Shown: positions 12,035 through 26,794 of the stretch, piece by piece | Layout of the letters: every line of letters starts with the position of its first letter | Numbering within the stretch: position 1 is the first letter of the stretch | Source: Octopus vulgaris | Lineage: Eukaryota | Assembly (NCBI GenBank): GCA_951406725.2 | Contig: OX597815.1 | Location: 118,110,001-118,174,000 of the forward strand | Reading direction: 5' to 3' | DNA: 64,000 bases | Notes under the pieces: generated by a model | The model's input: the letters and a program-made list of their open reading frames with translations, nothing else | What the model was told of the DNA's origin: nothing | The model's database searches: none | Translations under genes and position numbers: made by a program

Positions 12035-12650
12035 AATCCTTTCTACTAAAAGCACAAGGCCTGAAATTTTGGGGGAGGGAGATAGCCGATTAAATCAACC
12101 CTGATTAAATCAACTGGTACTTAATTTATCCATTTCTTTATTGCCCACAGGGGGCTAAACATAGAGGGGACAAAGAAGGACAGACAAAGGGTTTAAGTCG
12201 ATCAGATCAATCCTAATGCGCAACTGGTACATATTTAATCGACCCCGAAAGGATGAAAGGCAAAGTCGACCTCGGCGGAATTTGAACTCAGAACGTAACG
12301 GCAGACGAAATACCTATTTCTTTACTACCCACAAGGGGCTAAACACCGAGGGGACAAAGAAGGACAGACAAAGGGATTTAGTCGATTACATCGACCCAGT
12401 GCGTAACTGGTACTTAATTTATCGACCCCGAAAGGATGAAAGGCAAAGTCGACCTCGGCGGAATTTGAACTCTGAGCGTAGCGGCAGACGAAATACAGCT
12501 AGGCATTTCGCTCGGCGTGCTAACGGTTCTACCAGCTCGACTGAAAAGGATGAAAGGCAAAGTAGACCTCGGTGGAATTTGAACTTAGAACGTGCAGACC
12601 GACGAAATGCCGCTACATTTTGCCCGGCATACTAACGATTCTGCCAACTC
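12035..12650 (-). mobile_element. SINE family A tandem multimer, inverted
   Basis: Reverse complement of the 9951-10565 units (gtcgacctcggcggaatttgaactc repeated). Confidence 0.85.
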
Positions 12651-13470
12651 ACTAATACTACTACTAATAATAATGTATTACACACACACACACACACACA
12701 TACATACACACACACATACATACACACACACATACATATACATACATACATACATACATACATACATACATACATACATACAGACAGACATAGATAGATT
12801 TAACAAATGTGTATTTCTTATTTCACTGCTATTGAAAAGCATTTATTGTAACACGTGTATGTGTTTGGGTGGTTTCATTTTAAAATTACGTTAAAAGTTT
12901 TATTCGTCTGCTTAAAAGTCACACTACTAACTCCACCTACTACAACAATACAAACGTATTTAGGAACCATCTGTTTCTTTTGTTTTTTATTTTTTTTTTT
13001 CTCTTTAGTAAGACAAGCTGTCAAAAACACAAGAGCTGCAGTCAACGATTAGTGAAGCTCCTGAATTTCCCGTTTATTGCGTGTATATGTATACAAATAT
13101 ACGCAATACATTTGTGTAGTGCTATAGATAGATAGATACATCTACCTATACGTATACATACACATACGCAGCGTACATGTAGGTGTGTGTTAAAGAGTTA
13201 CCTCCCTTGTCGAAATTCTCTCACTCCTCAACAGCGAGTATATATAAAAAAAAATAAAAAAAAAGGAAACAGACAAGTTATTCTTTGCGGGAAGAGAAGT
13301 ATATATATAACAGCAGTTGTTGTACTCCGCTCTTTTAATCCAACTAGATTTTTAATTAATGCAATTATTCCATGATATGAAATGTTGAAAAACACTTCCT
13401 TAAGCTGATAGCCATTTCCTACTGGCACTCAGACCAAGTTGTTCGTTTATAATAGCTTGTGAAAAGAGTA

Positions 13471-13491
13471 ATGGCCAGCTTCGAAACATGA
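13471..13491 (+). promoter_or_regulatory. Upstream ORF (MASFET*) whose stop overlaps the QSOX start codon (ATGA)
   Basis: gtaATGGCCAGCTTCGAAACATGA: ATG at 13471 in a good Kozak context (G-3, G+4). Its TGA at 13489-13491 overlaps the main ATG at 13488-13490. Confidence 0.5.
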
Positions 13492-13746
13492 GGATATTCT
13501 ATTTTGAGTCTTCTGTTCTGGCGTTATGGCTTTTGTTTTTCTTCAATGTTTCTCATTTAACGTTAGCTGAAACAGCCGGTCTCTACAATTCGCAGACAGA
13601 TGATGTTGATGTCTTGAACGAAAATGATTTCGTCCGAACTGTAACAGGATCTTCCAAGTTATGGTTTGTCGAATTTTATAACAGCTGGTGTGGACACTGC
13701 ATTAATTTTGCCCCTCTGTGGAAAAATCTGGCTACAAGCGTAAAAG
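13488..13746 (+). CDS. QSOX: Quiescin-sulfhydryl oxidase (QSOX1/2-like), first coding exon: signal peptide plus start of the Trx1 domain
   Basis: Translation MRIFYFESSVLALWLLFFFNVSHLTLA-ETAGLYNSQTDDVDVLNENDFVRTVTGSSKLWFVEFYNSWCGHCINFAPLWKNLATSVK. It has a hydrophobic N-terminus, the GLY..D.V.L motif and the QSOX-type FYxSWCGHCIxFAPxWKxLA (PDI has FYAPWCGHCK). It ends at AAAG|GTGAGT, a phase-1 donor at 13747, which as I recall is where vertebrate QSOX1 intron 1 lies. Confidence 0.9.
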
Positions 13747-15739
13747 GTGAGTAAAAATTATTAACTTTATCGGAGTAAAATCTTAATTCCTACCTATGTT
13801 TGTTCAGTTTTTGTGAAACAGGCTGTTTGTGTTAGAGACGTATTTATGTACGCTTATATTTGCGTTATGTTCGTGTTTATTAAATTGTCGTGTGTGTCTA
13901 TGAAATTTAACTTATTTCATATTGTAATTGAAGATTTGGTTAAACATTAACCGAAGATTTTTTATAAACTATCAAATATGTTCTATATTTGAATGTGTGT
14001 TTACATAAAAAAAAAACAACAACGAAATTCTTCGTTATAATCAATCGAACGGGATCTTTGGTCAGCTGTTTAGAAAAACGCTTTCCTCTTGTCAAATGTT
14101 TGGAAATTTGATTTAAAATGTTATTTTTTTAAAGAAAGACCCTTTTGATAATTCTATTTTTATACTCTAGGAAAAATTCCAAAATGCCATTGGTTCGTTA
14201 TTGGAAATGAACCCTTAGGAAATGATGCCCACGATTGCTCGTGAAAGCATCCTAATTCAACAGTTTATGATTTATGTTTATCGGTTTGAGTCGCTCTCTA
14301 TTTTCCTAAACATTTTACGTTGTAAATTCTGTCAGTTCTCCATATATTAAGCTTCTGTCATAATCTTATTCGCATCTAGGGTACATTGAACGAAAATAAA
14401 TTTAATATGATACTTGACTGGTACTTTATTTTATCAACTATCATCTAAACGATGAAAGGCAAAAGTTGATTGTAAAAAAGGCCGTTAACTAAATACCATT
14501 ATGGATTTTGTCTGACGACTAGCGATTCTGCTAATCCGATTTTTTAAAATCCAAAGTTAACGGACTATAATTGCATACCTTTTCTTGCTAATATTTTTTT
14601 TTTTATCTAACCATTCTATTATTTGCCGCTATCAAATTCTTGTCCCATTTTATCAAATTATTTTTCTTATGTTAACCAATGATAGTTACCAATATTTAAG
14701 GAACTAAATAGTGTTCCATGTCTGCTGCAATCAATACACCGTAAATTATTAAACAGAATTGATTGAAATAACAGAAAGAGAATGTAACGTTTGAGAATGC
14801 CCTTCGCATGAAAATAGTTAATAGTTAATTATAGTTACTGAGTAATAGGGTTGTTCGAAGCATTACTTTTTCCTCACCTCATTCACCACACACGCACACA
14901 TCTTATTGTATTATTACTGTGAGAATATTGACTATGGATAGTAAAAGCTGTTTCCTTTATACCAGCTAAACAGGAACTGTCATGAGAATATATATTTATT
15001 TATTCACTTACCACACATAGTAATGAATATCCTGTAACGGTATTCCTTTCTTCATTTCACCCCTAAATGTATACTGTTATTATAAAAGCTTGTTAACTAA
15101 TATTTGGAAACAACTAGGAGCTAGGTAATCACCGATCCTGGAAATATGTAGTCTTTTCATATCTCAATATTATTAAGGATAAAAGTGAATATTTTAAAAT
15201 TAAAAAAAAACAAACTAAACTCTTCTAGCAGAATATTGATTGGTTCAATTAAAGAGATTTTATTTCATCAAAATTTTGTTATCCTACTACATCTTGTTTT
15301 TCACCAATCACAAAATACTGTACACTAAGCAACAAAACCAAGGTTTGCATTGACTTTTAAGAAGCTATATGCTGGTTTTATAATATTTAGTCAATTTGCA
15401 TAACAGCAGGACACCAATAATAACATTTAGTCTACAGTAGAGTTGGAGTGAGAAATTGTATACTTAAATGTCTTCTACCCGTGTCAATCAATATTGTGAG
15501 TGAACTTGGTTGAGGGAAATTGACAGAAATCGTGGTGGGGGGTGTAAGTGTATATAAGTATGTAGATATGTATGTATATGGGTGCATGCATATAAATGTA
15601 CTAATGTATGTGTGTGTGAGTATGCATATAAGTGTACTGATATAAGTGTATGTGTACAGAAGTGTGTGTATGTATATATGTATGCATGTTTGTATTCAGA
15701 TGTGTGTCTGTGTAAGTCTGATCAGCCCAAATGGCTCTT

Positions 15740-16420
15740 GTCATGGAAATGTAGTCTTTTCCAAGATCTCCAGATAGTGTACTGTTCATGATTCTCTTGG
15801 TCTGGTGTATGAATCTGGTCCCTTTTCCAGACATGCAGTGTCAAACATTGCCACCTCCATGCTTGACTATTGAGTTCATGCATTCTGAGAGAAATTCTTG
15901 CCTTGGTTGTCTCTGAACATACAATTAGTTGTAAGAGTCATGTAGATTAAAGTTTAATTCATCCAACTAGAATACTTTTCACCTGTCTTACAGTATCTGA
16001 TTCTTGTGCTCCTGGGTCAACTGAGTACAGGCATGCAGATTTTTCACAGAAACTTTTTCTCAAATTTATTTTCTTTTTAATCTACATGTAATATCTCACA
16101 AGCCCAGGCTGCTTTAGCTGAGTTTGAAACAACACACTAGAAATACCACACCAGTCTACTTGTGATATTTCAGCTGAATGTTGTTCAAAATGTCAGTGAG
16201 GATAATTTTTTTGTTATTCATTGACATACAGTTGATTTATTAGTCCATATTTTCAGATTTTGTGGTTGCCACAATTAATTATTGTCAGAATAGCCACCTG
16301 TTTCATTTAATATATATCCTTAGCATGATTAACAACAGTTACTAGACATCCAAAATTCAATAAATAACTCCATCTCAAAAAGTTCATTTCTGCTTATGTA
16401 ATTGAACAGTTCTTACTTCT
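15740..16420 (-). mobile_element. Decayed Tc1 (DD34E-type) transposase remnant
   Basis: Minus strand reads KVF*LDELNFNL...YVQRQP...ECMNSIVKHGGGNV...CMSGKG...IMNS, with Tc1 SDE.F and VKHGGG motifs. Confidence 0.7.
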
Positions 16421-19039
16421 GCCTCTGATAAGTTTTTAAAATTTTTTTTTATTTATCACAACAGATCTTATAAAAATGTAATCAAGTGGTTATTAAATAC
16501 TTTGTCTTACTTTCTATGGTGTTATGAGAGTGTATCATTTAAAATCCCCATTCCATGCTGGTAAGGGTTGCTTGGTTTGATAGGATGCAATGGGTTCAAG
16601 GACTGCATCATTCACCAGAGTCTGCTTTGACATGGTTTCTATGGCTGGGTGCCTTCCTAATGCCGGTCACTTTATAGTGTATACTTTTTGTTTTTGCTTT
16701 TTTGTTCCCTCAACACTAGTGAGGTTACTATGCAGTTTGTAAGACTACAAATCCTAAGGGAGCTACAAATCCTAGGAGAGGAGTGGTAAAAGTATGAGAG
16801 AAAGGGCCAGAGCAGAACAGGTTTCTTGTTGCAGAGGAACTGTATATCTATAGATTTTTAGTTAGCACTATGTAAAGACAGATGTGAATACTTTGTATAT
16901 ACAATATCAGAACAAAGAGGGATTAATTAGACTTCCCTTAATCTTGTATTGAGATTTCCTCAGCAACTGTGTATCCTCTTTAACCGTCCATGGTGAGAAA
17001 GGCACAATTACTAAGTGCTTAAGGAAACAATAGAGCAGTTCACATAGATAATGAACTCTTGGCTGCAAGTTTAATAGATTACTGTCTCCAACTCTCTCTC
17101 CTTCTCCTGCACTTCCCTCAGGTTGGGTAACCTTGTATCTCCTTTACAGCAGTGCATCTGTTTCTGTCTTTATTCCTGATCTTTCTCTATCCCTGGCAGG
17201 GTAACCATGTACCTCCTCTACAGCAAGATGCCTGTTTCTGTCTCTCTGACACAAGATCATCTCCTCCAATGCCCCTTCCCCTCTCAAAAGAGATTTTTTT
17301 GTCTTGCAAGTACTTGGTGACCCTGTCAGTGCAGGTGCCACTTAAAAGTACACAGCCCACACTGTAAAGTGGTTGGCATTTGAAAGGGCATCCAGCTGTA
17401 AAAACTTTGCCAAAACTGACCTCAACTGTGTTTGTGCCGCATAAAAAGCACTAAGTATACTCTGATGAGTGGTTGGTGTTAGGAAGGGCACCCAGCTGTA
17501 AAAATCTTGCCAAAACAGCTACAGAAATCTGGTGCAGGTTTCTGCCTGGCCCGCCCATGCAATCATGGAAGCCAGGCATTAAGCGATGACGATGATGAGT
17601 GTTCCATGAACTATTGTGTTCCCAACACAAGATTAAAACTAGTCTGGCTGATTCCTCTTTTTCCTTTTCTATCCATGAATATATCATATATAAGAACAGA
17701 GTGTTTTACATTTGCTTGTACATACAATGTTGACAAAAAGCTTCTTGACATATTCTGAACATTGAAAGGAAAACACTGTTAACACATCAGAACTGTATTA
17801 ACATTAAAAAGAGAAGATTTTTTAAATGTTATTAAATTAAAGTTAATTTTTATGGTTATATAATACTGTCAATAATTAATTGCCATATGCTAATTAAAAT
17901 TTTCATATTTGAACTTGCATCATTTAAAAAAATGTAGAAAATTCTTTTTTCATTTGTATGTAGTTTGAATCTTAATTGATTAGATAAATGGAAATAATTA
18001 ATGTTTAATTATCAGTGTACTGCTGTCTAGTTACAATAAAATGTCAGTTACATTTAGAAAATGCCTTTGTTAAATAATGAAGGAAAGAAAAAAATACAAC
18101 TCAGTATTGTATACTCTTTGCCAGCGATGGATACAGAAAGAGTTCAGTGTAATTTCTAAAGGAGTAACAGGAAACTAGGGCTTTAATGCACCAGGTATAG
18201 TGGGTGCACCCATGACATAAAGCTGGTGGAGTTCTTAGATGGTTCACTAGAAGTAGCAATGTAAATTGCTCTCTATTGATTTTTGCCAACAATGACTTAG
18301 TCAATCCATTGAATTTCCATCTGATTGGATTAGTGTGCAAGTGGCAGAGTATCCCCTGACATGAGTAACCTTAATGCAATTCTCAGGCAGAATCAGCATA
18401 ACATGGTGTGTGATAAGGCTGTACTATTGAACTACAGGTGCAGTCTATCCAACAAGCTACTACACTGTCACAGTTTCTGTCTGTCTAGTTTCATTCAATT
18501 GGTATGAGTTCATCCAAGAGCAGTGGTAAAATACAATTGCCCAAGATGTTGTAATCGAACCCAGGACCTTGTGATTGTAAAGTGAGCTTCTTAACCATTC
18601 AGCAATGCCACATCTACTAGAATTAGCAGAAGGCAACTATATGCATGAAACATGTAATGTTCTATGGTGATATATGGTAGTATTGAAATTGCAAAGTCTG
18701 CATTGACTAAAAAGAAATTATGTTCTGTTTGAGATTAATTGATGGGCTAACATGTAAGCTGGAAAAGAAATATAATAAACATTTAATAGCCAGCATGAGA
18801 GTGGCTGTATTGACTCTGAATATACAATGCAGCTGCTGGGTGAAAAAGTTTTGTTTATGTGACAAGTGTTATTGCCTAGTGTTGGGTCAGCCATGATCAA
18901 GATCTATGATCAAAGGTATCACAGCTATATGATAACCTTGTCTTTTTTCCTAAAGCTAGTATTTCTAGAAGTCTACCTCTAGCAATCTACTAATGTTTTA
19001 AGGCTGGTATATCTAGAAGTTTACCACAAGTCTTTTTGC

Positions 19040-19356
19040 AGTGTGATGGCTTGTATGCCTCAATGACCATGAATGCAAGTTCCAAGTAGGGCTTCCCATG
19101 CTGGACAGGTCAAAGGATAGAGACCAGACTAATATAGACCGCCTCTATCCAGAGGTAAAAATGGACTTGCATAAAGCCAACATCCCTATCTAAAGAAGAA
19201 AAATATATTACAAAAACATTGATAGCTATTCAAAGCCAACATAATTTGGGAAAGGAGTCCTTTCCTCAGCAAAAGACAGCTCAGAGTCAAGAACCGTGGA
19301 GAAAAACTATATATATTATGATAGCTTATGCTCCAAAGGGAGTGAAGGACTTAAGT
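19040..19356 (+). mobile_element. Bipartite non-autonomous RTE-like element (5'UTR-like part plus 3' end)
   Basis: Contains gctggacaggtcaaagg...ccagac, which I recall as an RTE 5'UTR-like motif, and an RTE-like 3' end cttatgctccaaagggagtgaaggacttaag. Confidence 0.45.
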
Positions 19357-21399
19357 ATATCTAGAAGTACATCATTGTGACATTCCTTCTTTAAGATGGT
19401 AGGGTATGATAATGAAGTTGAGTTGGCTGTTATTTCAGGTAGGTCAAATGATCATGTAGAGGTACTATCATTAGCAATGGAAATTATTTGAAGCAAAAGA
19501 AGAATACTAATGAGGACATGAAATGAAATTGTGAGTTTACAACACACACACACACACACACACACACAGCATCATCATCATCATTTAACATGCACCTTTC
19601 ATGCTGGCATGGGTTGGATGGTTTGACAGGAGCTGGCCAGGCAGGAGACTGCACCAGACTTTGGGATCCGTTTTGGCACGGTTTTTTATGGTTGGACGCC
19701 CTTCCTAACACTAACCACACCACAGGGTAGACTGAGTGCTTTTTACATGGCACCAGCACAGGTAAGGTCAGTTTTGGCATGGTTTTTTACAGCTGGGTAC
19801 CTTTCCAAATTCCAACCACTTTATAGTGTGGAATGGATGCTTTTTATGTGACACCAGCACTGGCAGGGTCACCAAGTAACTTGCAAGACAAAGAATTTTT
19901 GAGAAGGGAGGAAGTATAACAGAAGGTGATCTTGTATCAGATAATGAAAGGTTAGAGTGTGACAGAGAGAAAGAAACAGTTGTCTTACTGTAGAGGAGAT
20001 ACATGGTTACCTGACCAGAGAGAGTGAGTGATCAGAGACTTGTTATACTAAGCTTCCTTGCAGTCTGACTTTTAAACAACCTAATTCTGAACATCTAACC
20101 CATTCCAGTATACAAAATTGGTTGTTAAAACAATGATTATACACCATGTTCTCTCTCTTTCACTGATTAGGTAATTATAGGCTATGTTGAACACACCAAT
20201 ATATCATTATTATGCACTGATATATTTAGACTAATCATACTCCTCTAAGTTGCTATAGTCACAGTGGTTCAGCAATTGTACCCTATAGCCTTCTTGAGGT
20301 TCCTGTTGTATTCAATAACATTCTTGGTATTTCAAGACTAACCCTTTATTAAATCCATAGGGGTAGATTGTTCTCATTTTGTTGTCCACAACTAGGGTAT
20401 TCTATTAGTCACTCTCTTACTTATGATACCACTTTCTTGTTCCATTTGATTCAGTATATATATATATATATATATATGTATATACACACACACACTTACA
20501 TGTATATGTGTGTGTGTGTGTGTGTGTGTGCACAAGTGCATGTATATATAAATTGAGTGACCCAGGAATAAAACTCATTTTAAAATAATAGGTATACATC
20601 AGCATTTAACCCTTAATACATATATTTACTATCCCATGAAATCTCTGAGTTCCTTGTGAGTCTTGGAGAGAAGTTTACATTCATTTCTATATATCTGCAA
20701 AGTTTCAATGCTGTGTCATGTCAGCTTTGAAACCCAATATTCTGAAATGCATTGTAACTACTTTTTCCAAGGATTTATAACCTGTTTACATTCTCTCCCT
20801 CTTCACATGCCTTGCCTATAGATATCACCTATCATGAACCTCTTTGTCAGAATCTGAACTTCCTTGACTTTTTTGGGGTTTTTTTAAAGAGAAGATACAG
20901 CGGTAATTTTCTATTGTCTTCTGGATTATTTAACATTTACCTTATTTGTCGCTTGCACTCTCAAGCTTACTCTTGAAACATAGAATGTATTTGACCCTCA
21001 AGTAAGGGGACTAGTTCACATAGCACCAGAGTGTGTTGACATAGTGGTGGGTCTGTGTGATGCAGATCTAGGTGCCAGCCCTCCTCTGAGTAATGTATGC
21101 TTAGCCTAGTTGATCCATAACTAGAGCTCTTGACAGGTACTACCATCCTGGGACTGAACAGATGTGGGAGAAGTGGTGAATAAGGGATAGATCCATACTC
21201 CCTAAAACCTCTGAACTCCTGAGCTGGATGTCTTGCCCAGAACTATCATTAACATTACACGACCAAAATATCTTTGTGATCATCATTTTCAACATCCACT
21301 TTTCTATGCTTTCATGAGTCAGATTGAGTTTCAGGCCATATTTCTGTAGAATATTGGAAATGAACAACATTCACTTACACTAATCATTTGAAGTCAAGA

Positions 21400-21457
<58 letters not shown>

Positions 21458-24400
21458 ATAGACTTCTTTCAGTTTCTTTCTACTAAATCCACTCACAAGG
21501 CTTTGGTTGATCCAGGGCTATAGTAGAAGACACTTGCCCTTGATGCCATGTGTTTGGGAAGCAAATTCCTTACTACACAGCCATGCTTACATCTATAAAA
21601 CAAAATAATGGTATTGCTCAATAAATGTGGTGGTATTTCCTTCCATAGCTTCTAATACTTTTAATGCCTAAATATTTACTCAGCTCACTTACAATCAACA
21701 TATCTTTGTGTTGTTAAACTAGCATTCTACTAATGATTTGTGTAGGCCTGCTTAATCATAGTGCTGACCTGGAGATAATCAAAAATAACCTGTCTCCTAA
21801 ATTTCCATTGCTCATCTGACAAATTATACTCTACTCTTTGTTCTTTTGTGAACATATTCTCACATTTTGTGTATGAACACATTGTCCACTTATAGAGCAT
21901 TAAGTAGTTTCTTCTTACAGTCTACTAATCTTGGTACCAAAATAATTGAATGAATTCAGTGAATTATATCCAGGATTTCCATACTGTACTGACATAACTT
22001 AGCAAAGCTTGCAGTCTACTATTTATATCTTATGCTCAAAACCAATCAATTTTTAGAGTTGTTTAATGACTTGCAGGTAGCAATTTTTCATCTTTCTAAA
22101 AAAGTTCTGTGCATGAAAATTATAGGTTAATGTTATGTATTATCTAAACAAATTTGTTTTTTCATCCCACATGTGGTTCATTTTAGTATTAAAATTATTA
22201 AGGCGTGTTTTTGTACATAGTGAAAGATCAGTAATAATTTCAATAGCAGACTACAAACTGAAGTTGTCTTTTTATTTTCCTTTACATCACTTAAACCACA
22301 TATAAAGCATAGAATAAATGGGTTTTCATAGACATATTGGCTATGTTCCTACTATAACTGGTGTATATACTGTGTTTAAAAGAAAACTGAATACTGTAAT
22401 GATTATTAATCAATGTATTAATACTTGGAGGAGGGAGTTAACAATTTCATTGCTGTTGCTACTAATTTGAACCTTTTCCATGAAGCAAAAGATTTAGATG
22501 TACTACCTTGCCAGAAATTACCTCTTTTATCTGGATAATTATAAAGCTCCAAGCTGTATTTTAGCTTCATCACTTAACGCTAAGTGTACATATAGCTTAA
22601 TTATGCTTAAAGAATCTAGTTCAGTTGCACACAGTGATAATTAGTCTGCCAAGTGGATACTACATAGAAATAGCAACCAAATCTTTCTGAAATCACCCTC
22701 TGCCATCTTAACAAAAAAAAAATGAATAAATAAATAAATAAAAATGAAAATAATAAAATTAAATATACAGGTATGGCTCTGTGGTAAGAAGTTTGCTTTC
22801 CAACCATATGGTTCCAGGTTCAGCCCCACTGCATGGCACCTTGGGTAAATGTTTTCTACTATAGCCATGGGCCAACCAATGCCTTGTGAGTGGATTTGGT
22901 AGAGGGAAACTGAAAGACATCTGTTGTGAGTGTGTGTGTGTGTGTATTTTTATGTCTGTGTTTGTCCCCCATCAACACTTCAGCACCAGTTCACCAGTTC
23001 AGCAAAAGAGACCAATAGAATAAGTACCAGGCTTAAAAATAAAAAAAAAAGTACTACTGTCAATTCATTTAACTAAAGAATTCTTCAAGGCAGTGCCCCA
23101 GCATGGCCACAGTCTAATAACTGAAACAAATAAAATGCAAAAAATACATAGAACATGTAGTCATAGTTTCAGTAGTCCTTAAAAAAAGATTAGGTGGTTC
23201 TCATTGCTGGAATACTTTTGTTTGTAGGTCTGTTCGACAAAACATTATTTCAGAGCTAATCAACAGCCACAATTAATTTGAAGAAGAACTAGAGAAGCAG
23301 CTGCTAAGTTCAGGAAATTTTCAATTGCTTTTATTAATCTAAATCACATTGTAATGTAGATATCCAGCTTAATTTATCAATAAATGAGGACACAAGAAAA
23401 GAAAAGGCAAATGCAGGGAAATGAAATGGTAAAGTCAGTGTTAACACAAAATAGCACTAAGATATTTTAATTAATTAATTGATTAAAATTACACCCATAG
23501 TTAGAATCAGTAGCATATCAAGGTTTCTTTTAGAGATAGACAATTTCGCCCGACTCCCCTTGCAGACATCCTATTAATTAATAATGCATGATGAGCAAGA
23601 GGTAATTCTATATCTGTGGTAATTGGCCTCTCATCTAACCCAATGACTATGCCTTTAGTTTGGAGAAAGGATCATTACCATAATGGTGAATTCTAGTGGT
23701 TAGGGTGTTGCACTTATGATCACAAGATTGTGGTTTCAATTTTCAGACTAGGTGGTGCATTGTGTTCTTGTAAAACACTTCATTTTACATTACTCCAGTC
23801 CACTCATTTATACAAACTTGGTAACTGGCCCAATGACTTGAGGTGATAGTGTCCAAAGACTTATTTTTGCTGCTCAATAAAGACAGAATGGAAGACAGCC
23901 TTGAAATTTTAATTAAATTCTATGTTTAATTAAGTTTTGAGGAGTTGTCTTCCCCTTGCCTTTCTTGAGTGGACATAATTATCAAGTTAATGATTACTTA
24001 AAGGGTATAGACCTCTTTTGGTCATGAATGACCATGGAATTGAACCTAGAAAGTTACTCTCTGAGGCACAAGTTAGGGCAAGGTTGTTTGTGGAAGACAC
24101 TCACATACACCAGCCTCCCACCTCTACGCCACTGATATTATCCAAGAGAAAGACAAAGGCCGATACAGCTTGGCACCAGTGACATTGCAAGTTATTTCTA
24201 CAACTGAGTGAACTGGAGCAACGTGAAACAAAGAGTCTTGCTCAAGAACATAACACAGAGTCTGGGAATTGAATTCACTATGCTCAAACCACTGAGCCCT
24301 GTGCCTTCACAATGATTACTTATCCTCATCACAAATGTAATTTTAAGATTTCTCAACACACTTTACCAAATACTCTATCAATAAAGGAGTATCTTCAATC

Positions 24401-26794
24401 AAACTAGGTTATCTATTATATACTGTACTCCGTCATCATCATCGTCAACAACATTGTTTTACGGTCCTCATTTTCATGTTTGCATGGGTCAGACAGAATT
24501 AACTGAAGCAGATTTTCTGTGGCTTGATGCCCTTCTGTCCCCAACCCTCACTCACCTGTTTCCAGGTAAGGTAAATATTTCTCCACAGCCTGATGTGTTT
24601 CTAGGGAAGATTGAAAAAACAAAAGACACCACTTTATTTACAACCGTCACTCATTGGGAAGGCAAAAGGGACACTTGTACAAAGGCACTCTCATACCCGC
24701 AAATCACACACACACACACACACACACATATCCTCTCCACAAACACACACACACACATCCACTCCATGCACACACACACGTGTGCACATGCATGTGCAAT
24801 AGGCATCTTCTAGTTTTCATCTTCCAAATCCACTGACAAGGCTTTAGTCAGCCTGAGGCTATAATAGATGACACCTGTCCTTGGTACCATGCAGTAGGAC
24901 TGAACCTGAAACTATGTGGTCGAGAAGAAAACTTCTGAACCACACAGCCATGTCTGTGTCTATTGTTATGTCAAAACCTTTCTGACAACTTTTGTAAACA
25001 CAGAACAATTCTCCAAATATTTCTAATAACATTTTAACATTGTGAAATATCTTTGTAACAAAATAATCATATCATGATGAATGTTCTGGCTTAATTTAAG
25101 CTCTCAAGGCAGTGAATTGGCATTGTTTGTAGAGTGTTGAATAGAATACATCACATTATTTGTTCCAGCAGCCCATGCTCTGAGTTCAAATCCAAGCAAA
25201 ATCAACTTTGTTTCCATTCTTTCAGGGTTGAGAAAGAGGTGCTAATCTATTGTAGTGGATTGATGGTAGAATCATTAGCATGCCAAGTGAAATGCTTAGT
25301 GGCATTTCATCTGTCACCACATTCTGAGTTCAAATTCTGCTGAGGTCAACTTTGCTTTTCATCCTTTCGGGATCGATGAAATAAGTGCCAGTTGAGTGCT
25401 GGGGCTCGATGTAATCGACTATCCCCTCTCCCAAATTTCAAGCTCTGTGCCTACAGTAGAAGAAAAAAAAGAGGGAAAAAAAACGCCATCCTTTCCAGCT
25501 CATTGCATTCTGATAACAATACCTCTGATGACATTGATGCTATACTGTATTAGTCCAAGTTTGTGGCTTTTTCCTCAGATAAACACCTGTGTCATAAAGA
25601 GGGGAGAGCTACATGCATAGGCAGCTGCCAGTCATCTTCCAAAAACTTTGCCTGGGCTTGTGAATCCATCTGTGGACGCATAATCAACCTTAACCTATAT
25701 TTCAAACTCCCATCAAAATCCTTTACTCCCTACTTTTCCATGTTAGCATAGGTCAGATGGAATTTATTGAGGCAAATTTTCTACAGCTGGCTGCTGTTTT
25801 TGTTGACAGCCTGCACCTGCTCGCAAGCAAGTTAATATTTCCTGTAGCTATGCATGTTTTTCACAGAAGACTGGAAATGCATAACTTTAATTGTATGACA
25901 GTGACATTCTTACAACCATCACATGATGTGTAGACAATGAATGATACACACACACACACACACACATACATACATATGTGTATGCACACACACACATACA
26001 TTGTAGATTGCCTATGTTCAGTTCACTGCAGGATAAAGGCCTCACTGTGTTCTTTTCACCAACCATGGTCTGATGTAGAGGCTGTGAATTTGAACTTGAG
26101 ACCATACTGGTTTGACAAGCCTGCTCTGCCACTTTGGCTCGACATGGCTTTGCAGATGGATACAGTTTTTTTAGAGTCATACCCAGGAGAAGGATAGTCA
26201 ATTACATTGATGCCAGTACTCAAATGGTACTTGTTTTATTTATCTCAAAAAGATGAAAGGCTAAGTCAACCTCAGAGTTTGAACTCAGAATGTAAAGTTA
26301 AACGAAATACCCTAAACATTTTGCCTGGTGTACTAATGATTCTTATTTCTTTATTGCCCACAAGAGGCTAAACATAGAGGGGACAGACAAAGGTATTAAG
26401 TTGATTACATTGACCCCAGTGCGTAACTGGTACTTAATTTATCAACCCCGAAAGGATGAAAGGCAAAGTCAACCTCGGCAGAATTTGAACTCAGAACGTA
26501 AAGACAGACAAAATACTGCTAAACATTTCGCCCAGTGTGCTAACGTTTCTGCCAGCTTGCCACCCAATTCATCATTTAGTGGGTTAAACTAATGACTCTG
26601 CCATACACATAGATGACTAAGAGTTTTATGTATTGGTCTATATTTTGTTGGGAAATGTCATGTTTGAAACTATTTGTTATTGAGATGTGCCAACATTTAA
26701 CATCACTACTGGAATAACCATGAAATTTAATTTTTACAGCTAAAGGTTTAAGGAGTCAAAATGTATTCCATAATGCTATATAAAAATGAACATA

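Noticed and set aside
13488-13746. Protein disulfide isomerase call
   Set aside because: The context FYNSWCGHCINFAP and the N-terminal GLY motif fit QSOX rather than PDI (APWCGHCK).
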